Virus record (IMG/VR): IMGVR_UViG_3300009193_000001
Reading direction: 5' to 3' (one strand)
DNA length: 64,000 bases
Origin: a virus
Taxonomy: Duplodnaviria; Heunggongvirae; Uroviricota; Caudoviricetes
Shown: one piece after another, positions 34,860 to 44,403 of the stretch
Position numbering within the stretch: the first letter of the stretch is position 1
Layout: every line of letters starts with the position of its first letter
Translations under genes and position numbers: made by a program
The notes under the pieces: generated by a model
Databases searched by the model: none
What the model was told of the DNA's origin: nothing
Seen by the model: only the letters and a program-made list of their open reading frames with translations

Positions 34860-36289
34860 TAGTAACAAAAACACACGTATTGGATATCATAAACCGAATT
34901 TCTGCTGCGAAAGGCAAAGATAAAATTTTCGTAATTGAAGCATTCGAGCATTCGAGCGAACTTGATTTGTTTAAGCGCGTAGTATCCATGGCGTATAAAC
35001 AAGGTGTGGCGTATCACATTACATCATTGCCGACATTAGAAACAACACTACCAGCATTTAGTTTGTTGGGTAATAAATCTCAAGCGCCAGCAGCTACTGG
35101 TAATTTGGCCAAAGCATTACACCTTCTCGATGAAGCAAACATGTACGGTAGAATGGACCGAGCAGATAAGCAAGTGTTAGCCTCTGTAGTGAGTCGTTTA
35201 CCTGAAGATGATAAAAGACTAGTTGAACTTATTATCGGGCGAGATTTGAAGTGTGGGGCGTCTTTATCGAGCTTTCGTAAGGTATGGGGCAAGAAATTTT
35301 GTCCAGACTTCCCGAAAATGCTTTGTGCGTCATTCGACGAAGATAAAATTGCTAAAAATATTACGTTTCCGGCATACTCACAATTAAAGTCTGATGGTGC
35401 TCGTGCTCAAGCTGTGCATATTTCAACTACATCTTACGCAGATGGTTTATATACTCGTAACGGCCAACGATATAATGGAATCGACCATATATACAATGCG
35501 TGTGTTGATTTGTTTGGTGTCGAATACATACCAGACGGTGAACTGGTAGTGGTAGATGCTGATGGTAAAATTTTACCACGTGAAACTGGTAATGGTATAT
35601 TAAATAAATGTATCAAAGGTACTGCCAAGTTACATGAACAAATGCGAGTTCGTTTCATTGTGTGGGATTTGATATTCGTAAATGAATGGAATGGCGAAGC
35701 AGATGTCAAAACTGATTATGCTGAACGTTGGGCCATGCTAGAACGAATCATGAATGAAGAAGGTGGGTTTATAAATGGAGTTAATTGCCCCCTCATCTTA
35801 ACCGAAAATCGAATCGTAAATAACTTACGTGAAGCCAAGCTACATTACCAAGAAATGCTTGCTCGTGGCGAAGAAGGTACTATCCTTAAAGATTTAGATG
35901 GTGAATGGGTAGATAATCGCAGTACTAGCCAGTTTAAATTTAAAGAAGAGCATGAAGGTGATTTTATTATTACTTCTTGGGGATACGGTAAAGTTGGCAG
36001 TAAAAACGAAAAACGTATCGGTAAATTGTTCGTAGCAACTAAGTGTGGCAAAGTTACTGCAGCGTTTGGTAGCTTAACGGACGTACAACGTAATATGGAC
36101 GGTGATGAGCTAATCGGTACAGTAATAGAAGGGATATACAATTCCCGTACTAATATGGACACTGATGAGCAAAGCCTATTCTTACCACGTCCGGTTGAGT
36201 TGCGGTTTGATAAAGATAAAGATGATGCTGATACGTTAGAGTCGTTAATCGCTCGCGAAGAAGCATCCAGACAAATAGGGGAACTATAA
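34856..36289 (+). CDS. 30: ATP-dependent DNA ligase (T4 gp30-like)
   Basis: Adenylation motif I KSDGARAQA (T4 KADGARCFA); length 477 aa vs 487 in T4. Confidence 0.85.
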   Translation: MIVTKTHVLDIINRISAAKGKDKIFVIEAFEHSSELDLFKRVVSMAYKQGVAYHITSLPTLETTLPAFSLLGNKSQAPAATGNLAKALHLLDEANMYGRMDRADKQVLASVVSRLPEDDKRLVELIIGRDLKCGASLSSFRKVWGKKFCPDFPKMLCASFDEDKIAKNITFPAYSQLKSDGARAQAVHISTTSYADGLYTRNGQRYNGIDHIYNACVDLFGVEYIPDGELVVVDADGKILPRETGNGILNKCIKGTAKLHEQMRVRFIVWDLIFVNEWNGEADVKTDYAERWAMLERIMNEEGGFINGVNCPLILTENRIVNNLREAKLHYQEMLARGEEGTILKDLDGEWVDNRSTSQFKFKEEHEGDFIITSWGYGKVGSKNEKRIGKLFVATKCGKVTAAFGSLTDVQRNMDGDELIGTVIEGIYNSRTNMDTDEQSLFLPRPVELRFDKDKDDADTLESLIAREEASRQIGEL

Positions 36290-36513
36290 TGTTTACTTGG
36301 ATTATTACTTACAGTATTAACGGCAAGATGCGATGCCAAAAAGTAAAGGCGCGTGATATTACTGATGCATGCGAACAGTCGATGTATAATCAAGGTTTTA
36401 TTACTGGTTGTGTTCGTGGTGAGCCAGTAGACCCGAAACATGATGTAGCGTTACAACCAACACACCAGCAAGTTATGTTGCAATTGCAAACCGGAATGGC
36501 AGCAACACACTAA
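36289..36513 (+). CDS. Hypothetical protein
   Basis: 74-aa ORF, last gene before the bidirectional terminator. Confidence 0.4.
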   Translation: MFTWIITYSINGKMRCQKVKARDITDACEQSMYNQGFITGCVRGEPVDPKHDVALQPTHQQVMLQLQTGMAATH

Positions 36514-36514
36514 C

Positions 36515-36560
36515 GAAAAAAAAGGCTACAACACAAATTAATGTGTTGTAGCCTTTTTGT
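36515..36560. terminator. Bidirectional rho-independent terminator at the convergence of plus and minus transcription
   Basis: A8 run, 12-bp perfect stem ggctacaacaca / tgtgttgtagcc with 6-nt loop, then T5. Confidence 0.8.
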
Positions 36561-36598
36561 ATCCACGATAGAATCCCCACTCTACCATAAATATTTTC

Positions 36599-37129
36599 TT
36601 AGTCACTAAGTGACATTATCCTACCAGCGAGTCTAGAAGCACGATTTGGTGTCTGTCTAGCCCACTCCGAATCTAACATCTCGGCAGCAGCCAAATCATA
36701 ATCACTACGTTCTAATGCGAGTAAAGTTTGCTCGAATTTGCTAAGCCTACCTTCGCCCATTTGAAATGACATATTAACTAACACTCGATGGACATCACCA
36801 GAGGCCCACGGATAGCGTTTTAATACCGATTTGCTCGCGATGTTGTAATCGTACCGCAAAAGCTCAATAGCTTGGTGTGGTGTTAGTTTGGTGTATTGTT
36901 CGTCATCTGTTAGCATATGACCCACACCGATGGTTTTATTGCCTAAAGTATCGACATATACGTCATATCTAATGCTTTCGTCTTTCATTAGTTGAGCAAT
37001 TTCGTTTTCGTATGCTTGATGCTCTAACATATTCCCAACAGTTGCTGATACGCTAATTACTATGGTTAATGTGATGGCGATTAATATAGTATTAATTGAG
37101 CGCCACCACGTTTGTTTATTTTCGTTCAT
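36599..37129 (-). CDS. Endolysin: T4-type lysozyme (GH24) with N-terminal signal-anchor (SAR-like)
   Basis: YVDTLGNKTIGVGHMLT vs T4 YKDTEGYYTIGIGHLLT (Glu/Asp/Thr catalytic residues conserved), NMSFQMGE vs NMVFQMGE, WARQTPNRASRL vs WYNQTPNRAKRV. N-terminal TM WWRSINTILIAITLTIVISV. Confidence 0.85.
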   Translation of the reverse strand: MNENKQTWWRSINTILIAITLTIVISVSATVGNMLEHQAYENEIAQLMKDESIRYDVYVDTLGNKTIGVGHMLTDDEQYTKLTPHQAIELLRYDYNIASKSVLKRYPWASGDVHRVLVNMSFQMGEGRLSKFEQTLLALERSDYDLAAAEMLDSEWARQTPNRASRLAGRIMSLSD

Positions 37130-37131
37130 AA

Positions 37132-37536
37132 TTATCTACCGAATAGTTTTAATATGAAGTTTGATATACCTTTCAATGGGTATATGATAAAGGCATTAAG
37201 TGTGTCTGTTATAACAAGCTTAACACCACCGTAGAGTTCACGAGATGATGGTATAGCAACACCAGCACAAATTATAATGGCGACCAATTGCCACCACGTC
37301 AATTCATTTGTTATTTGATTGATGACGTCGGCTTTAGTTGATGTGGTGTTACTGATAGAATCTGCTGTTTGTTTAGTGCCTTCAGACTCAACACTAATTA
37401 AAGATTGGGAATGCTCGGCATTTTTTGCTACTTGTGCATTCACTTCAATGCTTGGTTTATCTGTTAGAACAGATAACGGATTGATAGAACTACATCCAAA
37501 AGTCAATACACATATTAGTAGTATTATACGTTTCAT
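37132..37536 (-). CDS. Spanin-like lipoprotein (o-spanin or unimolecular spanin)
   Basis: N-terminal lipoprotein signal MKRIILLICVLTFGC-SS, Ser/Thr-rich periplasmic region, C-terminal TM WWQLVAIIICAGVAIP; adjacent to the endolysin. Confidence 0.5.
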   Translation of the reverse strand: MKRIILLICVLTFGCSSINPLSVLTDKPSIEVNAQVAKNAEHSQSLISVESEGTKQTADSISNTTSTKADVINQITNELTWWQLVAIIICAGVAIPSSRELYGGVKLVITDTLNAFIIYPLKGISNFILKLFGR

Positions 37537-37548
37537 GTTTGTGTCCTG

Positions 37549-37884
37549 TTATTTATTTTTTTCGAAGTTGTCTAACCTGATTGAGTTCTTTGTTGTTTCG
37601 TTGACGATAATATCGAGACTATCACCAATTTTTGTCAACGTACCATTCAATCTATTTAGGACCGATGTGGTCACTGCCGAATGTTCTGCGTTTTTTGCAA
37701 CTTTATCTGCTAGTACATTGATAGTACCTACCATTAAAGTTCTTTCTTCTAATAATAACTTTTGGTTTACTTTTAACTCGGTTATTGTATTTGAATACGT
37801 AATCCAAGAACCACCAAACGTTATACACCAAGTTATAAATCCTGCAAGAAATACACCTTTAGTGTGTATATCACATTTAAACAT
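37549..37884 (-). CDS. N-terminally anchored periplasmic coiled-coil protein (i-spanin or holin candidate)
   Basis: TM GVFLAGFITWCITFGGSWI then predicted coiled coil; shares the heptapeptide VAKNAEHS with the downstream lipoprotein. Confidence 0.45.
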   Translation of the reverse strand: MFKCDIHTKGVFLAGFITWCITFGGSWITYSNTITELKVNQKLLLEERTLMVGTINVLADKVAKNAEHSAVTTSVLNRLNGTLTKIGDSLDIIVNETTKNSIRLDNFEKNK

Positions 37885-38012
37885 ACAACCCTCACTAGCT
37901 TTGTTTTTTTCGTATAGTATGATTATTTTTATATACTCTTATATAAAAATCACCAACTTTCGAAGTTTTGATAGTTTCTTTTATTTCTATAGATAAATTC
38001 ATTATAACATTC

Positions 38013-38411
38013 CTAATATGGCATAGGTGAATGAAGTACAACCAATGAGCCGTATAGTATAGTATTCCTATATCCTATAGAGTTAACGCCATTAATATCC
38101 GTTAGATGTTCGATTCTAATCTGATATGTATATTCACCTACATCTAATTCACTAGTCAAACTAGAATTTATAATTGCGTGATGTTTTGTTGGTGTTATTT
38201 CATCAACCAAAAATTCAAAATTCAAAATATCATCTGTTGAATGTTCAATACCAAAATAACCATCTAGTAATATTTCGGTATCAGATAAAAGACTTCCGTC
38301 TAATGATATATCAAATGTAACATCTAGTGTGTCGCCCTGTATAACCGACAGCGGCATAAATAATCCTTTTGTGGTCATTGGACCTCCTAAATTTAGCACG
38401 TCCATGTGCAT
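38013..38411 (-). CDS. Hypothetical virion-associated protein
   Basis: 132-aa ORF between lysis and fibre genes. Confidence 0.4.
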   Translation of the reverse strand: MHMDVLNLGGPMTTKGLFMPLSVIQGDTLDVTFDISLDGSLLSDTEILLDGYFGIEHSTDDILNFEFLVDEITPTKHHAIINSSLTSELDVGEYTYQIRIEHLTDINGVNSIGYRNTILYGSLVVLHSPMPY

Positions 38412-38414
38412 ACG

Positions 38415-38705
38415 TTATTTGTTTGTTATTTTAATAGCTCTAGTAGAATCTTCGACTCGACCATCAACAGTGGTGACGCGACAAGTAATCATATACTTCA
38501 TATTCTTGCGACCAGCACTCAACCAAACAGTAACTATATTTTCAGATAATGATGTTTGGTTGATTAATAGTTGACCTGTGTGGGTGGTTGTGTTGTATAT
38601 AATTTCAAATGAAGAAATACTATCACCACCCTCCACCCAATCAGACCAGTCAAAAGAAAAGTCAAGAGTCGAATTTGGGTCTTTAACCCAGTCTGCAATT
38701 GACAT
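38415..38705 (-). CDS. Hypothetical protein
   Basis: 96-aa ORF. Confidence 0.4.
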   Translation of the reverse strand: MSIADWVKDPNSTLDFSFDWSDWVEGGDSISSFEIIYNTTTHTGQLLINQTSLSENIVTVWLSAGRKNMKYMITCRVTTVDGRVEDSTRAIKITNK

Positions 38706-38716
38706 AATTCTAATCC

Positions 38717-39217
38717 TTATGCGATTGTTTGACCTTTAAGTGAAAGGGTATAATTGTCGTTGGCTGCTTGGTTATTGGTGTTTACAACAGTACGACGAAT
38801 CCAAACTGCAACATAATCACCAGCACCGCCAGCATCAAAATCCAATTGTGCACTGAATGGGATGTCCACATTTATTGCTTGCCAAGAAGGGGAACCTGTT
38901 GGTTCTGTGTCTTCATTAGCAATAGAAACTGTATCAACGTTAACATTGTCCATAACTGCAATGTGAATGGTGGTGTCTGGGTCGACTGCACCTTGGGTCA
39001 GTTCTATGGATGGTGCAATTAGTGCGTTTGTTGTACTTGTATTACGGACATACATACAACGATATTCAACATCACCAGAAGATGATTCAGCAGCTTCAAT
39101 TCTATCCCAGAAAGCGTCAGATAAGCCACTAACTTCTGTTGTGAAGTCTGGTGCGCCACCTAGACTTCCGGCTGTGATAGATTGGTAAAATTTAAGATTA
39201 GCTATATTTAAAGCCAT
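38717..39217 (-). CDS. Hypothetical structural protein
   Basis: 166-aa ORF immediately upstream of the fibre gene. Confidence 0.4.
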   Translation of the reverse strand: MALNIANLKFYQSITAGSLGGAPDFTTEVSGLSDAFWDRIEAAESSSGDVEYRCMYVRNTSTTNALIAPSIELTQGAVDPDTTIHIAVMDNVNVDTVSIANEDTEPTGSPSWQAINVDIPFSAQLDFDAGGAGDYVAVWIRRTVVNTNNQAANDNYTLSLKGQTIA

Positions 39218-39223
39218 GTTATA

Positions 39224-42200
39224 TTATCCTTTAATTATTAATTTTCTACTTTCGTAGGAGATTGTGAACGTTCTGTTCGTGTGTGGGATTGTGTATGTTC
39301 TCAGTTTAGATGGTTTGGATATTCTAGTGAAATCCTTAGACCAAGTAACTTTAACATTCACATTTAAGTTTTTAGATTTAGACCATGAGACATTCAGAGG
39401 TTTGGTGTAATATGAATAAACACCTTTAGACCAACTATTCTGAGTTTGTTTGGAAATAGTCTTAACTTTAGACCAACTATTAGTTGTATCTTTCGATATA
39501 GATTCAACTTTAGACCAAGTAACATTATAATCTTTCGATATAGTTTTAGTCTTAGACCATGAAATATTAGTTGATTTTGATATAGTTTTAGTCTTAGACC
39601 AACTCGATATTATATTAGACGAAATCGATTCAACTTTAGACCAGATAACATTAATTAATTTAATGATGCTAGACTGAGATATTTTCGACCAAGTGACATT
39701 AACATCTTTAGATAATTGTTTCGTCTTAGACCAGTTGTTTGTTATTGGTCTATTAACAACTTCAACTTTAGACCAGTTATTGGTTATTGGTTTATTAACA
39801 ACTTCAACTTTAGACCATGAGGTGGTGATTTGTTTAACTAAATCTAGACCTAACTTAGACCATCGTGTAGTTAATGGTTTATCTATAGTTTTCGTCTTCG
39901 ACCACGAATTATTGGTTGATTTAGATACAGTTTTCGTCTTCGACCATACGACTGTCGTTTGTTGACTTATAGTTGCATCTTTAGACCACAAATTAACTAC
40001 TGTGGTATTGACTTGTTTCGTCTTCGACCAAGTAACATTAACATCTTTAGATAATTGTTTCGTCTTAGACCAGTTATTGGTTATTGGTTTATTAACAACT
40101 TCAACTTTAGACCAAGTAACATTAACATCTTTAGATATATATTCGAATTTAGACCAACTATTAGTTGTTGATTTAACAACCGACTTAACTTTAGACCATA
40201 ATATGGTCAGGTCTTTTGATATAATCGTTTCTGAAGATTTAGACCATAAGTTTGTTACACTTGTCTGTAAGTATTTAACTTTAGACCAAACCGAATTAAT
40301 CGTCTTAGATATTGTGGTTTGTGCATCCTTAGTCCAAATAACATTAATGGATTTCGATATTGGTGTTGTTGGGTCCGACGTGTCAATATCATAAGCCCAA
40401 CTCGCAATATCTGAGCCGTTCCAACCTTTACCTGCTAGTGCTGTTTGACCACCAGTAGTGATTTGCGTATTAGCGTCAAACCAACTAGCTTGCGCGTTTA
40501 CTATGTTACCTGTACCTGCTAATGTGCCTTTTGTGGTGGCACAATAATCAGTAACGCTAGCTAATGGGTCATTAGTGTTATCTTTTAATATTGTGTTAAT
40601 TAGTGTTGCTGTGACTGTTGCGTAACGATTAGAGTTCTCAATAATAGAGTCTATAATTACTAAATCTTCAACAGGTATTTTATTGTTATACGCGCCATCG
40701 TTACAATTCTTAATAAGGGTATTTTTTACCGTTACTTTACCTGAGTTTGGCGTTATACCATCAATAGACGTACTGTTAAGTCCATCTACCACGCAACTAT
40801 CTATAACAGTAGAACTACCCTCTACATTGAAGTTTTGTGCACCGATATTGTAATAAAAATTATCACCTAAACTAGAGTTTCTTAGTACCCCTGTAAATCC
40901 AACTTGAGCAACATTATTGATAGGTTCAAGACCTTTAGCGGCTGTGAATGTCATACCTTTTGTCAACTTATTCAGTGACGTAGTAAATCCATTTGGTTCA
41001 AGGTCGTGCATGAGTAACTTATAGTGATAGTCACCGTTGTTATTCGCACCGTACCAAGTAGCCGTGTCAGCATAATCCCACTTAGGGTCACTACCAACAG
41101 TGTAAACACTAACAGGCAGTACAGGTTGCCACTTAACAACAGAATCATTAACAATAGTCGCGTGATTGTTACCAACCGTGTCGATTATCTTTTCTTGGTC
41201 GCCAGTGGTGAAGTCGTAGAAATGACTTTTCCCTTGGGTATGGTTAGTGACCTCAGCCTCTGCAATAAATAGGGGTGCAGTAGCACCTACAGAGTCACCT
41301 CTGGTCCCAAAAGTTAATCTGTTAAAGTCGAGTGTCGGGTCAGTAGCTAAGTTGTTGTCTGTAACTACAACGCCATCTAAAATTATTGTTCTAGCCCTAT
41401 TAGTTTGATTCTCGTATACCTCTAAAATGTGAGGCTCACTATAATCTAACGGTAGAAGTTCAGCAGGTAACTCGTAAGCTTGTGCCCAATCTAGTGTACT
41501 GTATCGAGTAGCAACATAAACTCTTGTAGGGGTTATAGATAAACCCCTAGAGGTGCTTGACCACGATAAAAAATAGGACCCTGCGGTATGGTCGGGATTT
41601 AGCCAAAGTTTAAGTTTTAGAGTTAATTCCGTACAGCCTAGAAGTAAGTCCTCAGCCATAGCATAAGTGATACCACTCGTCTGATACCCAACAACAGCCT
41701 CATCATCACCGCGCACATAACCACTATCGGCAGGGTAGTTGTTTAACGTAGCAATAGCACCGTTATAGTGGTCAATAACAGTATCGCCTTTGGTTTGGTT
41801 GAATTCCCAATAGCGTGAGTTTGAGCTATCAACAAAGTCAGTTATTTGAATTGTACTGTCAGAGCCAGAGAAAAAATGTATATCTCCTTTCTGACCTATC
41901 CGATTAATTATAAATGTGTTTGCAGAGCCAACCGTGTTAGTGCCAAACAACACACCATCTACCCACACTTCATAGGTTAAACCTGTTCGTTTTATCTCAA
42001 TCTCGTACCAAGTATCAACAACCAAAGCAGAATTTAAATCAATCACTATAGCGTTAGTAGACTCAGTTTTAATTCGCATTTGAGTTGAATTGTTAAACCG
42101 CCAAGTAACCTGACCTGTATCCGAACCGAACAAGGTTCTATTTAGGAAGTCTTTCATCAACACTTTTCGTTTAACGCTATAGTCACCAGTAATAGTGATA

Positions 42201-42517
42201 GGGTCAAAACTCACCCATTGGTCAGTGCCATTTAGGGCTAAAGCATACTCTTGATTAACGTCTTCAATCGTTTGAAAAAGCGAGTATGGGTCACTATCAA
42301 TGCCTACTGGTTTGGTTGTCCAAGTTGCACCAACACGATACGTCCCGTCTGTTACACCAATTTGATTAGCCGCATCAAAGGTTTCGCCTGTTACACCCGT
42401 GATTACATTAGTAACGGTTATTCCATCGTCAATTTGACACGTTAGTAATTCGTCCGTATCAGGATTAGTCCAATCTATATCATACGGCTGTGCTAACTCG
42501 CCTCTGAACGTAGTCAT
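39224..42517 (-). CDS. Tail fibre / tailspike-like protein with beta-helix region and about 25 tandem 14-aa C-terminal repeats
   Basis: Central parallel-beta-helix-like repeats (NTLIKNCNDGAYNNKI...IIDSIIENSN...). C-terminal about 380 aa made of xNxxWSKxKxISKx 14-mers encoded by 42-bp tandem repeats (39330..40345). Confidence 0.65.
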   Translation of the reverse strand: MTTFRGELAQPYDIDWTNPDTDELLTCQIDDGITVTNVITGVTGETFDAANQIGVTDGTYRVGATWTTKPVGIDSDPYSLFQTIEDVNQEYALALNGTDQWVSFDPITITGDYSVKRKVLMKDFLNRTLFGSDTGQVTWRFNNSTQMRIKTESTNAIVIDLNSALVVDTWYEIEIKRTGLTYEVWVDGVLFGTNTVGSANTFIINRIGQKGDIHFFSGSDSTIQITDFVDSSNSRYWEFNQTKGDTVIDHYNGAIATLNNYPADSGYVRGDDEAVVGYQTSGITYAMAEDLLLGCTELTLKLKLWLNPDHTAGSYFLSWSSTSRGLSITPTRVYVATRYSTLDWAQAYELPAELLPLDYSEPHILEVYENQTNRARTIILDGVVVTDNNLATDPTLDFNRLTFGTRGDSVGATAPLFIAEAEVTNHTQGKSHFYDFTTGDQEKIIDTVGNNHATIVNDSVVKWQPVLPVSVYTVGSDPKWDYADTATWYGANNNGDYHYKLLMHDLEPNGFTTSLNKLTKGMTFTAAKGLEPINNVAQVGFTGVLRNSSLGDNFYYNIGAQNFNVEGSSTVIDSCVVDGLNSTSIDGITPNSGKVTVKNTLIKNCNDGAYNNKIPVEDLVIIDSIIENSNRYATVTATLINTILKDNTNDPLASVTDYCATTKGTLAGTGNIVNAQASWFDANTQITTGGQTALAGKGWNGSDIASWAYDIDTSDPTTPISKSINVIWTKDAQTTISKTINSVWSKVKYLQTSVTNLWSKSSETIISKDLTILWSKVKSVVKSTTNSWSKFEYISKDVNVTWSKVEVVNKPITNNWSKTKQLSKDVNVTWSKTKQVNTTVVNLWSKDATISQQTTVVWSKTKTVSKSTNNSWSKTKTIDKPLTTRWSKLGLDLVKQITTSWSKVEVVNKPITNNWSKVEVVNRPITNNWSKTKQLSKDVNVTWSKISQSSIIKLINVIWSKVESISSNIISSWSKTKTISKSTNISWSKTKTISKDYNVTWSKVESISKDTTNSWSKVKTISKQTQNSWSKGVYSYYTKPLNVSWSKSKNLNVNVKVTWSKDFTRISKPSKLRTYTIPHTNRTFTISYESRKLIIKG
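39330..40345 (-). repeat. About 25 tandem 42-bp coding repeats with higher-order duplications
   Basis: Plus-strand motif ttagacca(a/t) recurs every 42 bp; blocks of about 110 bp duplicated exactly (e.g. near 39693-39800 and 40020-40125). Confidence 0.85.
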
Positions 42518-42520
42518 TAG

Positions 42521-43222
42521 CTACGCTCCTGTGACTTCAACCGTGAATGGATTAAGCACGTTTGATTTAGCTGTGAACTGAGTATGTCTTGTCAGTTTAC
42601 GGGTATTGGTTATCTCGCGTGTTGATGTTGTACTACCTGCGGGTACAGTAATTTGAAACGTCCAATTCTGGACTGGGCTAAATTCTTGGTCGTCTGTATT
42701 ACGAATAAGTAACTCGAAATCTACTATTGTATCTACCAGTACAGGAGCATCTAAGCGCACCGTTAATCGAACATCTTCATTGCTCAATTTAACGTGTTTA
42801 TCATTACCGCCTAAATATTCGATATGCGACGGTAATTGCTCACCTAAAAATGCTTGTTTAAGTTTAAGGTCATCAAAAACTTCAGCGGTGGTGTCCTTAA
42901 ATGGGAACGATACGCGGTTGGCAAAGTATACACACATGTCGCGCAACTTAGCTAAATTTTGACCGTGTGGTGGGTCAAGTGATATCATCACGTCCAGCAA
43001 TGAAGTGATATTACTTGGGTGACCATTAATGAAGTTGAATTCTCCACCGCTAATCATGTTGTCGTATGTTGCCATTTGGTAATCGCCATCATGTAGTTTG
43101 AAGTATGAGTATAGCCCACATATAACGACGAATATACGCATTTGGTCTGCTGATATCATTTTTGTTGACGCAACCGTATATGCACGAGCATCTTCTAATG
43201 TTGCAAAATCTTGTAATTCCAT
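42521..43222 (-). CDS. Hypothetical tail-associated protein
   Basis: 233-aa ORF overlapping the fibre gene start (ATGA). Confidence 0.4.
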   Translation of the reverse strand: MELQDFATLEDARAYTVASTKMISADQMRIFVVICGLYSYFKLHDGDYQMATYDNMISGGEFNFINGHPSNITSLLDVMISLDPPHGQNLAKLRDMCVYFANRVSFPFKDTTAEVFDDLKLKQAFLGEQLPSHIEYLGGNDKHVKLSNEDVRLTVRLDAPVLVDTIVDFELLIRNTDDQEFSPVQNWTFQITVPAGSTTSTREITNTRKLTRHTQFTAKSNVLNPFTVEVTGA

Positions 43223-43275
43223 ATTAGTACCTTTTGGGTTAGTTGATGATGCATCAGCACCGTTCTATTGTTTAG

Positions 43276-43656
43276 TTATTTCCATCGCCATAATGTCAAT
43301 TCACCGACATCGGGCTGGATTGATTTGACGCAATGGTGTAGGTCGCGTTCTATTGGATAAAATATTAAATTAATTAAATACATTATCGGGATAATCCACA
43401 CAACACCGCGCTTATATGCTTTACCTATTCGAGATGATATCGTCTCTCGATAATCGCCAGCCAAAAATACAGCATTCACCATGATATCCAACACAACTAA
43501 TACGTTGCGAGAATAGCGGTAAAATATCGTCTTTTTGGGGAGTATAAGGAATGATAGCGCCAATATAATAAAGTATATCATTATAGGCAAACTAGTAAGA
43601 TACGTTAACCCGAAGGTGTAAAATGTATCGGTCAAATATTGTAAATATTGTAGCAT
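43276..43656 (-). CDS. Membrane protein
   Basis: 126 aa with at least 3 hydrophobic segments. Confidence 0.4.
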   Translation of the reverse strand: MLQYLQYLTDTFYTFGLTYLTSLPIMIYFIILALSFLILPKKTIFYRYSRNVLVVLDIMVNAVFLAGDYRETISSRIGKAYKRGVVWIIPIMYLINLIFYPIERDLHHCVKSIQPDVGELTLWRWK

Positions 43657-44027
43657 TACGATGCTCCTATTTTATTGGGAATCTTTGCTTTAGTTCTGCA
43701 ACTTTATTCTTCCAACGTTCTTTCGATTCGTCGGTTTTACTCATCATTTTACACCCGCTTAATCTGTTGTTATAGTTTTCCAATGTCCATGCCTGAAGAT
43801 TTTCACTGATGTGTAACCAAGACCAATTATAATTTGTCGAATCTCGACCCAAAATTTATGATTAATGTTACCGCATAATCCTTCAATAATTGCAGTATTC
43901 TCGTCGACGTGGACGAGATTACACACTGCACTATATTTTGACTTTTCTTCGTACGAACCAGAAGTGTACCACCGAATCAATCTAGATTTTTTTGGTTCCT
44001 CTACATGTATCATTTATTTTTTTGCCT

Positions 44028-44390
44028 TTATGTATTTAAGGTTTCGCTACAATGTTTTTCGACGATTTCTGTCAACGATAAGCCAGAGTACTCTTCAGTA
44101 TTTAACAAGTCAGATTCTATATAAAATCTATCACCTAATGGTTCGGTGTTCGCTAAAATGTATGGCAATTTACCATCCAATCTAGATTGTTCAGATACCC
44201 AATAAAACATTTGATAGTTTATGTTGGTATTTCCTGAAGTTGCGGTTTGGATTGAGTTTTCAGAATCACCTTGAGAAATGACGAAATTGATTGATTCATG
44301 ATTATATTTGTCGGAGCATGCGTCAGATATTTCGAAGACTGCATCCGTTTGTAATGTACCCTGTGGGTCGGTGAATGTTTGTATGAACAT
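44028..44390 (-). CDS. Hypothetical protein
   Basis: 120-aa ORF. Confidence 0.4.
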   Translation of the reverse strand: MFIQTFTDPQGTLQTDAVFEISDACSDKYNHESINFVISQGDSENSIQTATSGNTNINYQMFYWVSEQSRLDGKLPYILANTEPLGDRFYIESDLLNTEEYSGLSLTEIVEKHCSETLNT

Positions 44391-44403
44391 ATTAAGTTTA
44401 CCT

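Noticed and set aside
37319-37996. 225-aa plus-strand ORF across the lysis genes
   Set aside because: Overlaps three well-supported minus-strand genes (endolysin, lipoprotein, TM protein), has no RBS and a low-complexity hydrophobic translation. Likely spurious.
39330-40345. Possible CRISPR array because of regular about 42-bp periodicity
   Set aside because: The units are contiguous with no repeat/spacer alternation, and they lie in-frame within a long coding sequence with conserved amino-acid periodicity. This is a coding tandem repeat, not CRISPR.
39693-40394. Plus-strand ORFs (90 and 130 aa) with internally repetitive sequence inside the fibre gene
   Set aside because: Antisense reading of the 42-bp tandem repeat array. 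The minus-strand 1097-aa ORF is continuous and has fibre-like domains.
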